Source of the DNA: Acidimicrobiales bacterium
Lineage (GTDB): Bacteria > Actinomycetota > Acidimicrobiia > Acidimicrobiales > SZUA-35
Assembly: GCA_050330635.1 (NCBI GenBank)
Contig: JBHJNQ010000015.1
Span: 93,162-157,161 of the forward strand
Direction: 5' to 3'
DNA: 64,000 nt
Below the pieces are notes generated by a model that was given only the letters and a program-made list of their open reading frames with translations, did no database searches and was not told the DNA's origin. How positions within the stretch are numbered: the stretch's first letter is position 1; the number at the start of each line of letters is the position of its first letter. A program made the translations under genes and the position numbers. Positions 50,314 to 59,380 of the stretch are shown here, piece by piece.

Positions 50314-50497
50314 CGCGCACCCCGGGGGCCGGCTGGTGGAGCGGGGCACCGGGGATCCCGAGGTCGTCGACGGTCGCCACCGTCGGCAGTGGGCACCGGC
50401 ATCGGGCCTGTCGCTACGATGCGGACACGTCGAGGACGGTCGCTGCGACCGGAGGGGGAGCCATGCCGACATCGGAGCCGGTGCTGGGGGGACGTCG

Positions 50498-51256
50498 GTG
50501 ACCATCGCCCTCAGCAGCCACGGGCCGCACATCACGGTGGTCACCATCGACAACCCCCGCAAGGCCAACGCCATGTCCCGGGCGATGCTCGCCGAACTGG
50601 CCGACGTCTGGCGGCAACTCGACGACGATGACGCCTGCCGTGCCATCGTCGTGACCGGTGCCGGCGATCGGGCCTTCACCGCGGGAGCCGACGTGTCGGG
50701 CGACCTGTCGGCCGGCGAAGACACCGCCGCCATGATCAACCGGGCGCTGCTGAAGACCGAGCCGTTCTCGAAGCCGATCATCGCCGCGGTCAACGGTGCT
50801 TGCCTGGGGGGAGGGGTCGAGCTGCTGCTGGCCGCCGACATCCGCTACGCCGCCCCACACGCCACCTTCGGGCTGCCCGAGGTGAAGTGGGCGATCTACC
50901 CTTTCGGCGGTGCCGCCGCCAAGCTGGTCCACCAGATCGGGCACGTCCACGCCATGAAGCTCCTGTTGGTGGCCGACAACATCGACGCCGGGGAGGCCCT
51001 CCGCATCGGGCTGATCAACGAGGTCGTCCCCGCCGGTGAGGTCGTGGAGCGGGCCGTGTCCACGGCCGAGGCGATCGCCGCGAACAGCCCCAGGGCAGTA
51101 CAAGCGGTCAAGCGGTTCATTTCCACCGGCATCGCCGAGGTCGCCCAGCAGCGCGAGCCGTTCGAGCAGGCCCTCGGCGACGCCGTCCGCGCCAGCGCCG
51201 ACTTCGACGAAGGCATCACCGCCTTCCGCCAGCGACGCCAGCCCATCTACGAGTAG
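50498..51256 (+). CDS. enoyl-CoA hydratase/isomerase (crotonase) family protein
   Basis: VTIDNPRKANAM, AFTAGADV, AAVNGACLGGGVELLLAADIRYA. Confidence 0.85.
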   Translation: MTIALSSHGPHITVVTIDNPRKANAMSRAMLAELADVWRQLDDDDACRAIVVTGAGDRAFTAGADVSGDLSAGEDTAAMINRALLKTEPFSKPIIAAVNGACLGGGVELLLAADIRYAAPHATFGLPEVKWAIYPFGGAAAKLVHQIGHVHAMKLLLVADNIDAGEALRIGLINEVVPAGEVVERAVSTAEAIAANSPRAVQAVKRFISTGIAEVAQQREPFEQALGDAVRASADFDEGITAFRQRRQPIYE

Positions 51257-51416
51257 GGCCCGGCGCCCAGCCCCACCACTCCCCCGACTTCCCACCAGCC
51301 ACCTCGACGCTGAGGGCGGGCCGGGTGGAGGTCGAGGCCGTCCTTCACGACGCGGGCACACGAACCGAGCCGATACTTCAACGCTAGGTTGTCGGCGAGA
51401 GAGGGGAAGACCAGCA

Positions 51417-52202
51417 GTGGATGACGTGCAGGCGATCCGGGGTCCGTTCCGGCGGCGCAGGGGGGACATCGCCGCCCTCTGTCGTCGTAGTGAGACGTTC
51501 CGCCGTTCAGCGCGGGTCTTGGGCCTTCGTTTCACCTTCCGGCTGTATGCCGCCAACGTTCTCCGGCCCGACCCACATTCCTATGACGCGGACCTCGACC
51601 GCCGGCTCGGCGTCGACACCACGGGAGCGTGGGACTATCCGACCGACGCCCGGCCTTGGGCCGAGGCCGAAGGCTATGAGGCGACCCGGGTCGATGTGGC
51701 TCGTTACGCGTTCGGTCTCCTGTCGATCGACATCGACACGGCCGAGTTGTGGGATCTCGGCTCGGGCAAGGGGCGGATCACGGTCCTGGCCGCCGAGCAC
51801 GGTTTCAAGCGGTCCGTCGGCGTCGAGTGCAACGAGGAGCTGCACCGGGTGGCCACGGCCAACGTCGAGGCGGCCCGGGCCGTTCTACCGCCGGTCGACA
51901 TCGAGCTGTTGTCATGCTCCGCCACCGAGGTGACATGGCCCGACCAGCCCCTTGTCGTCTTCATGTTCAATCCGTTCGGTGGGCACGTGTTCGATCAGGT
52001 CGTCGCCTCGCTCGAGGCTCGGGCGCGGCGCGGCCGGCGATCACTCCACGTGATCTACGTCAATCCCCGGGAGCGCGAACGCCTCGACCGCTCGCCCGTG
52101 TTCGAACTGCTCGCCGAAGAACGGCTTCCCACACCGTGGACGACCCTGATCTACGGTGCGACCGGAACGCCCCCATTGGACCCATCAGTACCTGGCACCT
52201 GA
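51417..52202 (+). CDS. class I SAM-dependent methyltransferase (hypothetical)
   Basis: LWDLGSGKGRITVLAA motif I, VGVECNEEL, VVFMFNPF. GTG start with GAGAGGGGAAG upstream. Confidence 0.6.
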   Translation: MDDVQAIRGPFRRRRGDIAALCRRSETFRRSARVLGLRFTFRLYAANVLRPDPHSYDADLDRRLGVDTTGAWDYPTDARPWAEAEGYEATRVDVARYAFGLLSIDIDTAELWDLGSGKGRITVLAAEHGFKRSVGVECNEELHRVATANVEAARAVLPPVDIELLSCSATEVTWPDQPLVVFMFNPFGGHVFDQVVASLEARARRGRRSLHVIYVNPRERERLDRSPVFELLAEERLPTPWTTLIYGATGTPPLDPSVPGT

Positions 52203-52254
52203 CGCCCAGCGACCCATGCGTCGGGTGGTCGGCCACGACCCCAAGGAAGTACGG

Positions 52255-53331
52255 ATGCGCATCGTCATCCTCGACAACGCTTCGGAGATCGCAACGATCC
52301 GCAAGGAGTGGGACGAGCTGGCCGCAAGCTCGGCCAGCGCCTCGATCTACAACACGTCCGACCACCTGCTCACCGCGTGGCGGCACCTCACACCGGACGG
52401 CACCCGGCCGTGGATCGTGACGGTCAGGGCCGACGACGGCGAGTTGATCGCTGCCGTCCCCCTCCGCTTTCGGCGTCGCCCCCTGGAAACGGTGCTCGAG
52501 TGGCTCGTGACGCGCCACGTCGACCGCCTCGGTCCGCTCGTACGGCCCGGCTTCGAGGACCCCGCGTGGCGACTCCTGTTGCCCGAGATCCTCTCGGCGC
52601 GTTGGGACCAGTGGTCCGTCGCCGAACTGGAACGGTCGTCGTCGTTGGCATCCGCCCTACTCACCGTGGCGAAGGAGTACCCGGTGAGGGTGACCACGAG
52701 CAAGCCGGGAGAGGGGATGATCGTCGATCTCAGCGGCTCGTGGGACGGGTTCCTGGCCGCCCACAAGTCGTTCCGGCGGCGGCTCCGTCGGTTCGAGGCC
52801 GCCTTCCCCGATCACCACATCGACCGGTTCGACAGGCCCGACGACGTAGCGGCCGGGCTCGAGCGCTACCTGGCGGTGACCCGCCGCAGTTGGAAGTACC
52901 GGTCGGTGGGGGTCAGCGAGTCGGAGGTGGTCGAGGGGTTCTACGCCGAGCTGCTCCCGCTGCTGGCGGTGGAGGGCCGCACCGCAGTGAGCATACTCCG
53001 GGTCGGCGACGACGACATCGCCGCCGACATCACCCACCGGTTCGGGTCGACCGCCTTCATGCATTCCGCCGTCTACGCCGACGACTGGGCCGATCACTCG
53101 CCGGGAACGCTGTTCACCGGTCTCGTCCTGCGCGACCTCATGAGCACCGACCTGGTGGCCGCCGACTTCCTCACTGGCTACGCCGACTACGTTCGCCCCT
53201 GGGCGTCGTCGACGGCTGACGTGGTGACCGTGACGATCGCCAGGTCGACCGTACGCACGCGGGCGCTCGACACGGCACGAGCCGCCCGGGCCGCCGTGGC
53301 CGGGTGGCGGCAGGGTGGCGGCCGGGCCTGA
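52255..53331 (+). CDS. GNAT-fold acetyltransferase of the BioF2-like/CelD/FemAB-like type
   Basis: MRIVILDNASEIATIRKEWDELA...SIYNTSDHLLTAW...; typical layout of this family. AAGGAAG lies upstream. Confidence 0.65.
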   Translation: MRIVILDNASEIATIRKEWDELAASSASASIYNTSDHLLTAWRHLTPDGTRPWIVTVRADDGELIAAVPLRFRRRPLETVLEWLVTRHVDRLGPLVRPGFEDPAWRLLLPEILSARWDQWSVAELERSSSLASALLTVAKEYPVRVTTSKPGEGMIVDLSGSWDGFLAAHKSFRRRLRRFEAAFPDHHIDRFDRPDDVAAGLERYLAVTRRSWKYRSVGVSESEVVEGFYAELLPLLAVEGRTAVSILRVGDDDIAADITHRFGSTAFMHSAVYADDWADHSPGTLFTGLVLRDLMSTDLVAADFLTGYADYVRPWASSTADVVTVTIARSTVRTRALDTARAARAAVAGWRQGGGRA

Positions 53332-53392
53332 TGACCCGACCGCGACCAGCGGTGTTCGTGTCCGTCGATACGGCGCTCCGCTGCCGCTGCCG

Positions 53393-53986
53393 TCAGGTGG
53401 CCACGGGCAGCCAGCCGGGGCGTTTGGTCTCGAAGGCGTCGATGTCACCTTCGTGGCGCAAGGTGATGCCGATGTCGTCGAGGCCCTGGAGGAACCGTTC
53501 CCGAGTGGCGTCGTCGAGGGGGAACGGCTCGGACAGGCCGAGGGCCGGCACCTCCAGTAGCCGCCGCTCGATGTCGATCGTGAGCTCGAGTTCGGGTTCG
53601 GCCTGGACGGCGGCCAGGAGTTGGGCCCCCACCTCGGGCGACACGACAACCGGCACGAGCCCGTTCTTGGTCGAGTTGTTGCGGAAGATGTCGCCGAAGC
53701 GGGGGGAGATGACGGCCTGGAAACCCGACTGCTGGATGGCCCACACGGCGTGTTCGCGCGACGACCCAGTACCGAAGTTGGCCCCTCCGATGAGGATGGT
53801 TGCGCCGGCGAAACGCTCGTCGTTGAGCACGAAGGCGGGGTCGTCACGCCACTCCGAGAACAGGCCCTTCTCGAAGCCGGTGCGCTCGACCTGCTTGAGC
53901 CAGTCGGACGGGATGATCTGATCGGTGTCGACGTCGGAGCGGTCGAGGGGGATGGCCCGACCGGTGACGATGCGTACTGGTTCCAT
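53393..53986 (-). CDS. leuD: 3-isopropylmalate dehydratase small subunit
   Basis: VDTDQIIPSDWLK, GANFGTGSSREHAVWA. Confidence 0.95.
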   Translation of the reverse strand: MEPVRIVTGRAIPLDRSDVDTDQIIPSDWLKQVERTGFEKGLFSEWRDDPAFVLNDERFAGATILIGGANFGTGSSREHAVWAIQQSGFQAVISPRFGDIFRNNSTKNGLVPVVVSPEVGAQLLAAVQAEPELELTIDIERRLLEVPALGLSEPFPLDDATRERFLQGLDDIGITLRHEGDIDAFETKRPGWLPVAT

Positions 53987-53999
53987 GGTGGTCTCCGGT

Positions 54000-55412
54000 T
54001 CAGTCCAGGTCGGCGGGGGAGGCGAAGCGGCCGGCGATGGCGGTGGCGGCGGCGACGGCCGGTGAGACGAGGTGGGTTCGCCCACCGCGACCCTGGCGGC
54101 CTTCGAAGTTGCGGTTGCTGGTCGAGGCCGACCGCTCACCCGGCGACAGCTTGTCGGGGTTCATGGCCAGGCACATCGAGCACCCCGGTTCCCGCCAGTC
54201 GAATCCTGCGGCCCGGAAGATCTCGTGGAGGCCTTCGGCCTCGGCCTGGAGCTTGACCGCGAACGAGCCGGGCACCACGAGGGTGCGGATCCCGTCGGCC
54301 ACCCGTCGGCCCTCGGCCACGGCGGCCGCCGCCCGCAGGTCTTCGATGCGGCTGTTGGTGCACGACCCGATGAACACGGTGTTTACGGCCACGTCGCGCA
54401 GGGAGGCGCCGGCGGTGAGGCCCATGTACTCGAGCGCCCGGGCCGCAGCGTCGCGCTCGTTCTGCTGGTCGAAGTCGTCGGGAGAGGGGACGACACCGTC
54501 GAGGGGTACGACCTGGCCGGGGTTGGTGCCCCAGCTCACGTGGGGTCCGATGGCTGCGGCGGCGAGCGTGACCTCGGTGTCGAAGCCCGCACCCGGGTCG
54601 GTGGGGAGGGCGCGCCAATGGTCGAGGGCCTGCTCCCAGGCCGCACCCCGGGGGGCGTGGGCGCGGCCCTCGAGGTAGACGAACGTGGTGTCGTCGGGGG
54701 CGATCATGCCGGCCTTGGCCCCCGCCTCGATCGACATGTTGCACACGGTCATGCGTCCCTCCATCGAGAGCCGCTCGAAGGTGTCACCCCGGTACTCGAT
54801 GACGTGGCCGATCCCGCCCCCGGTGCCGATGTGGCCGATCACGGCGAGGATCACGTCCTTGGCCGTGGCTCCCGGCGCCAGCTCGCCGTTGACGTTGACC
54901 GCCATCGACCGGGGCCGGACCTGGGGAAGGGTCTGGGTGGCGAGGACGTGTTCGACCTCGCTGGTCCCGATGCCGAAGGCCAGGGCCCCGAAGGCCCCGT
55001 GGGTGGCGGTGTGGGAGTCGCCGCACACCACCGTCATGCCGGGCTGGGTCAGGCCCTGCTCGGGGCCGATGACGTGGACGATGCCCTGACCGGGGGATCC
55101 CATCTCGTGGTTGGTGATGCCGAACTCGGCGGCGTTGGCCCGCATGGTGGCGATCTGCTTGGCGCTGATCGGGTCGGCGATCGGTTGGTCGATGTTCTCG
55201 GTCGGGACGTTGTGGTCCTCCGTGGCCACCGTGAGATCGGGGCGGCGGACCTTGCGGCCGGCGAGGCGGAGCCCGTCGAAGGCCTGGGGCGACGTCACCT
55301 CGTGGACGAGGTGGAGATCGATGTAGAGCAGGTCGGGTTCGCCGCTCGAACCGCGGGAGACCAGGTGGCTCTCCCACAGCTTGTCGGCGAGGGTCCGGGC
55401 GTCGTTGGCCAT
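54000..55412 (-). CDS. leuC: 3-isopropylmalate dehydratase large subunit
   Basis: [53 protein letters not shown]. Confidence 0.95.
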   Translation of the reverse strand: MANDARTLADKLWESHLVSRGSSGEPDLLYIDLHLVHEVTSPQAFDGLRLAGRKVRRPDLTVATEDHNVPTENIDQPIADPISAKQIATMRANAAEFGITNHEMGSPGQGIVHVIGPEQGLTQPGMTVVCGDSHTATHGAFGALAFGIGTSEVEHVLATQTLPQVRPRSMAVNVNGELAPGATAKDVILAVIGHIGTGGGIGHVIEYRGDTFERLSMEGRMTVCNMSIEAGAKAGMIAPDDTTFVYLEGRAHAPRGAAWEQALDHWRALPTDPGAGFDTEVTLAAAAIGPHVSWGTNPGQVVPLDGVVPSPDDFDQQNERDAAARALEYMGLTAGASLRDVAVNTVFIGSCTNSRIEDLRAAAAVAEGRRVADGIRTLVVPGSFAVKLQAEAEGLHEIFRAAGFDWREPGCSMCLAMNPDKLSPGERSASTSNRNFEGRQGRGGRTHLVSPAVAAATAIAGRFASPADLD

Positions 55413-55445
55413 GTCGGTCCTCCGGTTGAGGCGTCCCACCAGGTG

Positions 55446-55481
55446 ATGCTGTCTCAGCATGTGGGACTACTATCTCGTAGT
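55446..55481. promoter_or_regulatory. two palindromes in the leuC / IclR divergent intergenic region (candidate operator)
   Basis: ATGCTG-tct-CAGCAT (55446..55460, perfect) and ACTAC-tatctc-GTAGT (55466..55481), in a locally AT-richer stretch. Confidence 0.35.
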
Positions 55482-56135
55482 GTGGCATCCACCCTAGGGT
55501 CGGTCGGCGTCATCGACAAGGCCGTTCTCGTGCTCGACGCCCTCGAGGGCGGGCCGTGCTCGTTGACCGAGCTCGTCGAGGCGTCGGGACTACCCCGTGC
55601 CACGGCCCACCGCCTGGCCGTGGCGCTCGAGGGCCACGGCCTGGTCCGCCGCCGCAACGACGGCCGCTTCGCCCTCGGCTATCGGCTCCTCAGCCTCGGC
55701 CGTCGGGCCACGGCCCAGATCCCCCTCGTCGAGCTGGCCGGGCCCCACCTCGACCGCTTGCGCGACGTTACCGGGGAGAGCGCCCAGCTCTACGTGGCCG
55801 ACGGCGACGAACGGGTCTGCGTCGCCGCCTCGGAGTCGAGCCACGGGCTGCGCACGATCGTCTCGGTCGGTTCGCGTCTCACGATGGCGCGCGGCTCGGC
55901 CGGAGCCGTGCTTCGGGGCGAGGCCACACCCGTCGGCTACCGGGCCTCCGTCGGCGAGCGGGAACCGGGGGTCGCCTCGGTCAGCGCCCCCGTCGTCGGG
56001 CCCGACGGCGTGGTCGTGGCCGCGGTCAGCGTGTCGGGTCCGATCGACCGCGTCAGCCGCCGACCGGGCCCTCGCTACGGACCCCAGGTACGGGCCGCCG
56101 CCGCCGCTATATCGGCCGATCTCGTCGTCGGCTGA
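55482..56135 (+). CDS. IclR-family transcriptional regulator (LtbR-like position next to leuCD)
   Basis: VIDKAVLVLDAL...SLTELVEASGLPRATAHRLAVALE HTH; C-terminal IclR effector domain. The start could be GTG 55482, GTG 55461 or ATG 55446. Confidence 0.8.
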   Translation: MASTLGSVGVIDKAVLVLDALEGGPCSLTELVEASGLPRATAHRLAVALEGHGLVRRRNDGRFALGYRLLSLGRRATAQIPLVELAGPHLDRLRDVTGESAQLYVADGDERVCVAASESSHGLRTIVSVGSRLTMARGSAGAVLRGEATPVGYRASVGEREPGVASVSAPVVGPDGVVVAAVSVSGPIDRVSRRPGPRYGPQVRAAAAAISADLVVG

Positions 56136-56219
56136 CAGTGAGAATGGGCGCCGTCGCCGCCGGCTCGGACGTCGCCCTGCGGGTGTTGTGTCCGCCTCCG
56201 CCTGCCCCACCGGCTCGTC

Positions 56220-57011
56220 GTGGTGCATGCTGTACCGGTGACCGAACCCGATTGGTACCCCGACCCCTCGGGCCGCTTCGAGGTGCGGTACCACGATGGC
56301 GCCCAGTGGACAGCGCATGTGGCCACGGCCGGCGTCACCTCTACCGACCCGGTACCGGACCCCGAGATGACCGTCGCCGTCCCGAACCCGGCGCCGCCGG
56401 CCGGACCGACCACCCAGCCCTACCCGGGCGGCCAGCCCTACCCGGGCGGGACGACACCGTACCCGGGCGGGACGACCCCCTACCCAGGCGGGACGACCCC
56501 CTACCCGGGCGGGGCGCCGTCACCGATCGACCGGTCCGGCGGGAACAGCGTCCGGACCATGGCCATCCTCGCCGGCATCGCCGTCGTTGGTATCGTGGCC
56601 GTCGTCGTCATCGGGGTCGGCCTCCTTCGCGGTGACGATGGCGGCGGCGACGTGCTGGCCGGCCCGGCCTCGAGCACGACCGGGCCGCAGGTCACCACGG
56701 TCACCACGGTCACCACGGCCAGCTCCAGCGTGTCGACGACCACGGCCAGCTCCACCAGCGTGTCGACCACCGCGGCCACGACCGAGGACGACCCGCCAGC
56801 CGCCACCGATCCGAGCACGGCAATTCCCGAGTACGGCTCCGACGATGCGCTCGACGAGCTGGCCGACGCCTGCCAGGGCGGCGACTTCACGTCGTGCGAC
56901 GATCTCTTCTTCCAGTCGGACTTCGAGTCGGGCTACGAGGCCTATGGGGACAGCTGCGGAGGACGCACCAGCGCCGCCGGTCGCCTCTGCACCGCCATCT
57001 ATCCCGGCTGA
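56220..57011 (+). CDS. DUF2510-domain membrane protein with PYPGG repeats
   Basis: N-terminal WYPDPSGRFEVRYHDGAQWT. (T)TPYPGG repeats. One TM helix (MAILAGIAVVGIVAVVVIGVGLL). Thr/Ser-rich region and a 4-Cys C-terminal domain. Confidence 0.7.
   Translation: MVHAVPVTEPDWYPDPSGRFEVRYHDGAQWTAHVATAGVTSTDPVPDPEMTVAVPNPAPPAGPTTQPYPGGQPYPGGTTPYPGGTTPYPGGTTPYPGGAPSPIDRSGGNSVRTMAILAGIAVVGIVAVVVIGVGLLRGDDGGGDVLAGPASSTTGPQVTTVTTVTTASSSVSTTTASSTSVSTTAATTEDDPPAATDPSTAIPEYGSDDALDELADACQGGDFTSCDDLFFQSDFESGYEAYGDSCGGRTSAAGRLCTAIYPG
56415..56513. repeat. 18/21-bp tandem repeats encoding (Q/TT)PYPGG x5
   Basis: cagccctacccgggcggc, cagccctacccgggcggg, acgacaccgtacccgggcggg, acgaccccctacccaggcggg, acgaccccctacccgggcggg. 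Confidence 0.8.
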
Positions 57012-57096
57012 CCGCTAGCCCGCGGCGGCCTCTTCCTGGTGGCGATCGTCTACTCTTACGTTGCCGACCTGCGGAGATGACCGCCAGACGGCACCG

Positions 57097-57133
57097 ACGC
57101 CGTTCCGGTTCAGCCGATCGAGTCGAACGGCGT
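57097..57133 (-). terminator. 9-bp stem hairpin downstream of greA
   Basis: ACGCCGTTC-N19-GAACGGCGT, 21 nt after the greA stop. Adjacent GGGCCGT direct repeat. Confidence 0.4.
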
Positions 57134-57153
57134 GGGCCGTGGGCCGTGGGCCC

Positions 57154-57624
57154 TCAGATCTCGATGCCGACGACGGTGACGTCGAGGGGGCCGCTGGGCG
57201 CTTCGAAGGTGACGGTGTCACCGACGCCGGCCCCGACAAGGGCCTGACCCAACGGTGACCCCGGCGACATGACGGTCACGTCGTCGCGACGCTCCTCGAT
57301 CGAGCCGAGCAGGTAACGCTCGACGTCGTCGTCGCCTGCGTAGCGGAGGGACACGACGCAGCCCGGCTGCACGGACCGCTCGTCGGGGTCGATGTCGACG
57401 ATCTCGGCGTTGTCGATCAGGGCCGACAGGTGGGCGATGCGGCCCTCCATCTTGCCCTGCTCCTCCTTGGCGGCGTGGTAGTCGCCGTTTTCGGAGAGGT
57501 CGCCCAGTTCGCGGGCCGATTCGATCTTCTTGGCGATCTCGATCCGTCCCCGCGTCGTCAGATCGTCGAACTCCGACTGCAAGCGGTCGAACGCTTCACG
57601 GGAGAGCTTGTGTACATCTACCAC
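57154..57624 (-). CDS. greA: transcription elongation factor GreA
   Basis: ARELGDLSENGDYHAAKEEQ and a C-terminal FKBP-like domain. Confidence 0.95.
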   Translation of the reverse strand: MVDVHKLSREAFDRLQSEFDDLTTRGRIEIAKKIESARELGDLSENGDYHAAKEEQGKMEGRIAHLSALIDNAEIVDIDPDERSVQPGCVVSLRYAGDDDVERYLLGSIEERRDDVTVMSPGSPLGQALVGAGVGDTVTFEAPSGPLDVTVVGIEI

Positions 57625-57690
57625 CGCGCCATCCTAGCGGGAGGTCCGGTCGCCCCGGGCCGGGACACGCCACCCACGGCCGACGGTCGC

Positions 57691-58224
57691 TCAGCGCCGG
57701 GTGGTGCGGTGGCTGATGAGGGCGGTCAGGAGGACACCTCCCAGCCAGGCCGACACGGTGAGCGGATCGCGCAACTGTCGGTACAGCAACTCCTGCTCCA
57801 GGCCGTTCAGACTCGGATCGACGCCGTAGAGGTCGACGAACGTCCGCTCCGCCGTCAGGTAGCCGACCGTGGTCAGGGCCATCAGGTACAGGGCCAGGCT
57901 CAGCGCCGTCCGGGCCAGCGGGTCGGGTCGCCCGCCGCCCACCCGTACCGCCACGGTCACGGCGGCGGCCACCGGCATCGCCCACAGCGGGCTGGCCAGA
58001 CCGTTCGTCTCGGCCAGGAACCACACACAGCCGGCCAATAGCCCCGCCGCCAGCCCGGCGACGATGGCGGAGAAGAGGTCGAGGGAGATCGCCACCGGCA
58101 TCACCCCCAGGGCAGCCGACTTCTTCAGCACCCCGCCCTCGCCGCGGGGGGCCTCGGCCTCGGCGTCGAGCCACTCCTGGGGAACGTCGTCGGTGAAGAT
58201 GTCGAATCGCTGGTCGCTCGTCAC
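57691..58224 (-). CDS. integral membrane protein (hypothetical)
   Basis: 177 aa with 4 predicted TM helices. Located upstream of greA on the same strand. Confidence 0.55.
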   Translation of the reverse strand: MTSDQRFDIFTDDVPQEWLDAEAEAPRGEGGVLKKSAALGVMPVAISLDLFSAIVAGLAAGLLAGCVWFLAETNGLASPLWAMPVAAAVTVAVRVGGGRPDPLARTALSLALYLMALTTVGYLTAERTFVDLYGVDPSLNGLEQELLYRQLRDPLTVSAWLGGVLLTALISHRTTRR

Positions 58225-58388
58225 GGCCGCTTCTCCTCAGGGGTGCACCGCGGTGGCGCACCGGAACAGGCGATATCGAGGACCCGCCATATGGGAGCGT
58301 CCCCTGATTCGTTGTGTCGGAAGATTCGACGACCCGCTTGAGCAGTAGGGTTGAGGGCCGGCACCCGAGTGAGCAGGAGCGTTGGGCC

Positions 58389-59360
58389 ATGAGCTATCGA
58401 GTTGGCGTGGTGGGAGGCGACGGGATCGGTCCCGAGGTGATCGCCGAGGGCCTGCGGGTCATCGCCGCCGCCGGGGTCGTCCTCGACACCGTCGACTACG
58501 ACCTCGGGGGCCACCGCTACCTCGCCGACGGCACCGTCCTGCCCGACGAGATCCTCGAAGAGTGGCGTCAGCTCGACGCCATCTATCTGGGTGCCGTCGG
58601 CACCCCCGAGGTCCCGCCCGGAGTGATCGAGCGGGGCCTGCTGCTGAAGATGCGCTTCGAGCTCGACCTCTACGTCAACCAGCGGCCCTTCGCCACCGCC
58701 GACCACGACTTCATCGTGATCCGCGAGAACACCGAGGGCACCTACGCCGGTGAGGGGGGCTTCCTCCGCAAGGGAACCCCGTTCGAGATCGCCACCCAGG
58801 GTTCGGTCAACACCCGGATGGGGGCCGAGCGCTGCATCCGCTACGCCTTCTCGCTGGCCCAGCGCCGCCGTAAGCACCTCACCCTCGTCCACAAGACCAA
58901 CGTCCTCACGTTCTCCGGCGACCTGTGGGAGCGCACCTTCAACGAGGTGGCGGCCGACTTCCCCGACGTCGGCACCGCCTACAACCATGTCGATGCCGCC
59001 TGCATCTACTTCGTCGAAGACCCGGGCCGCTACGACGTGATCGTCACCGACAACCTCTTCGGTGACATCCTCACCGACCTCGGTGGCGCCGTGTCCGGCG
59101 GGATCGGTCTGGCGTCGTCGGCCAACCTCAACCCCGACCGTACCGGACCGTCGATGTTCGAGCCGGTCCACGGCTCGGCCCCGGACATCGCCGGTCAGGC
59201 CAAGGCCAATCCGATCGCCGCCATCCACTCGGGCGCCCTCATGCTCGACTTCCTGGGCGAGGAGGCGGCGGCGGCCCGGATCGTGAAGGCGTGCGAGGCG
59301 GCCACCGGCACCCCCGGATCGACCGCCGAGGTGGCCGACGCCGTCATCGCCCGGCTCTGA
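58389..59360 (+). CDS. leuB: 3-isopropylmalate dehydrogenase
   Basis: [45 protein letters not shown]. Confidence 0.95.
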   Translation: MSYRVGVVGGDGIGPEVIAEGLRVIAAAGVVLDTVDYDLGGHRYLADGTVLPDEILEEWRQLDAIYLGAVGTPEVPPGVIERGLLLKMRFELDLYVNQRPFATADHDFIVIRENTEGTYAGEGGFLRKGTPFEIATQGSVNTRMGAERCIRYAFSLAQRRRKHLTLVHKTNVLTFSGDLWERTFNEVAADFPDVGTAYNHVDAACIYFVEDPGRYDVIVTDNLFGDILTDLGGAVSGGIGLASSANLNPDRTGPSMFEPVHGSAPDIAGQAKANPIAAIHSGALMLDFLGEEAAAARIVKACEAATGTPGSTAEVADAVIARL

Positions 59361-59380
59361 ACAGGCAGCGGATCACACCG

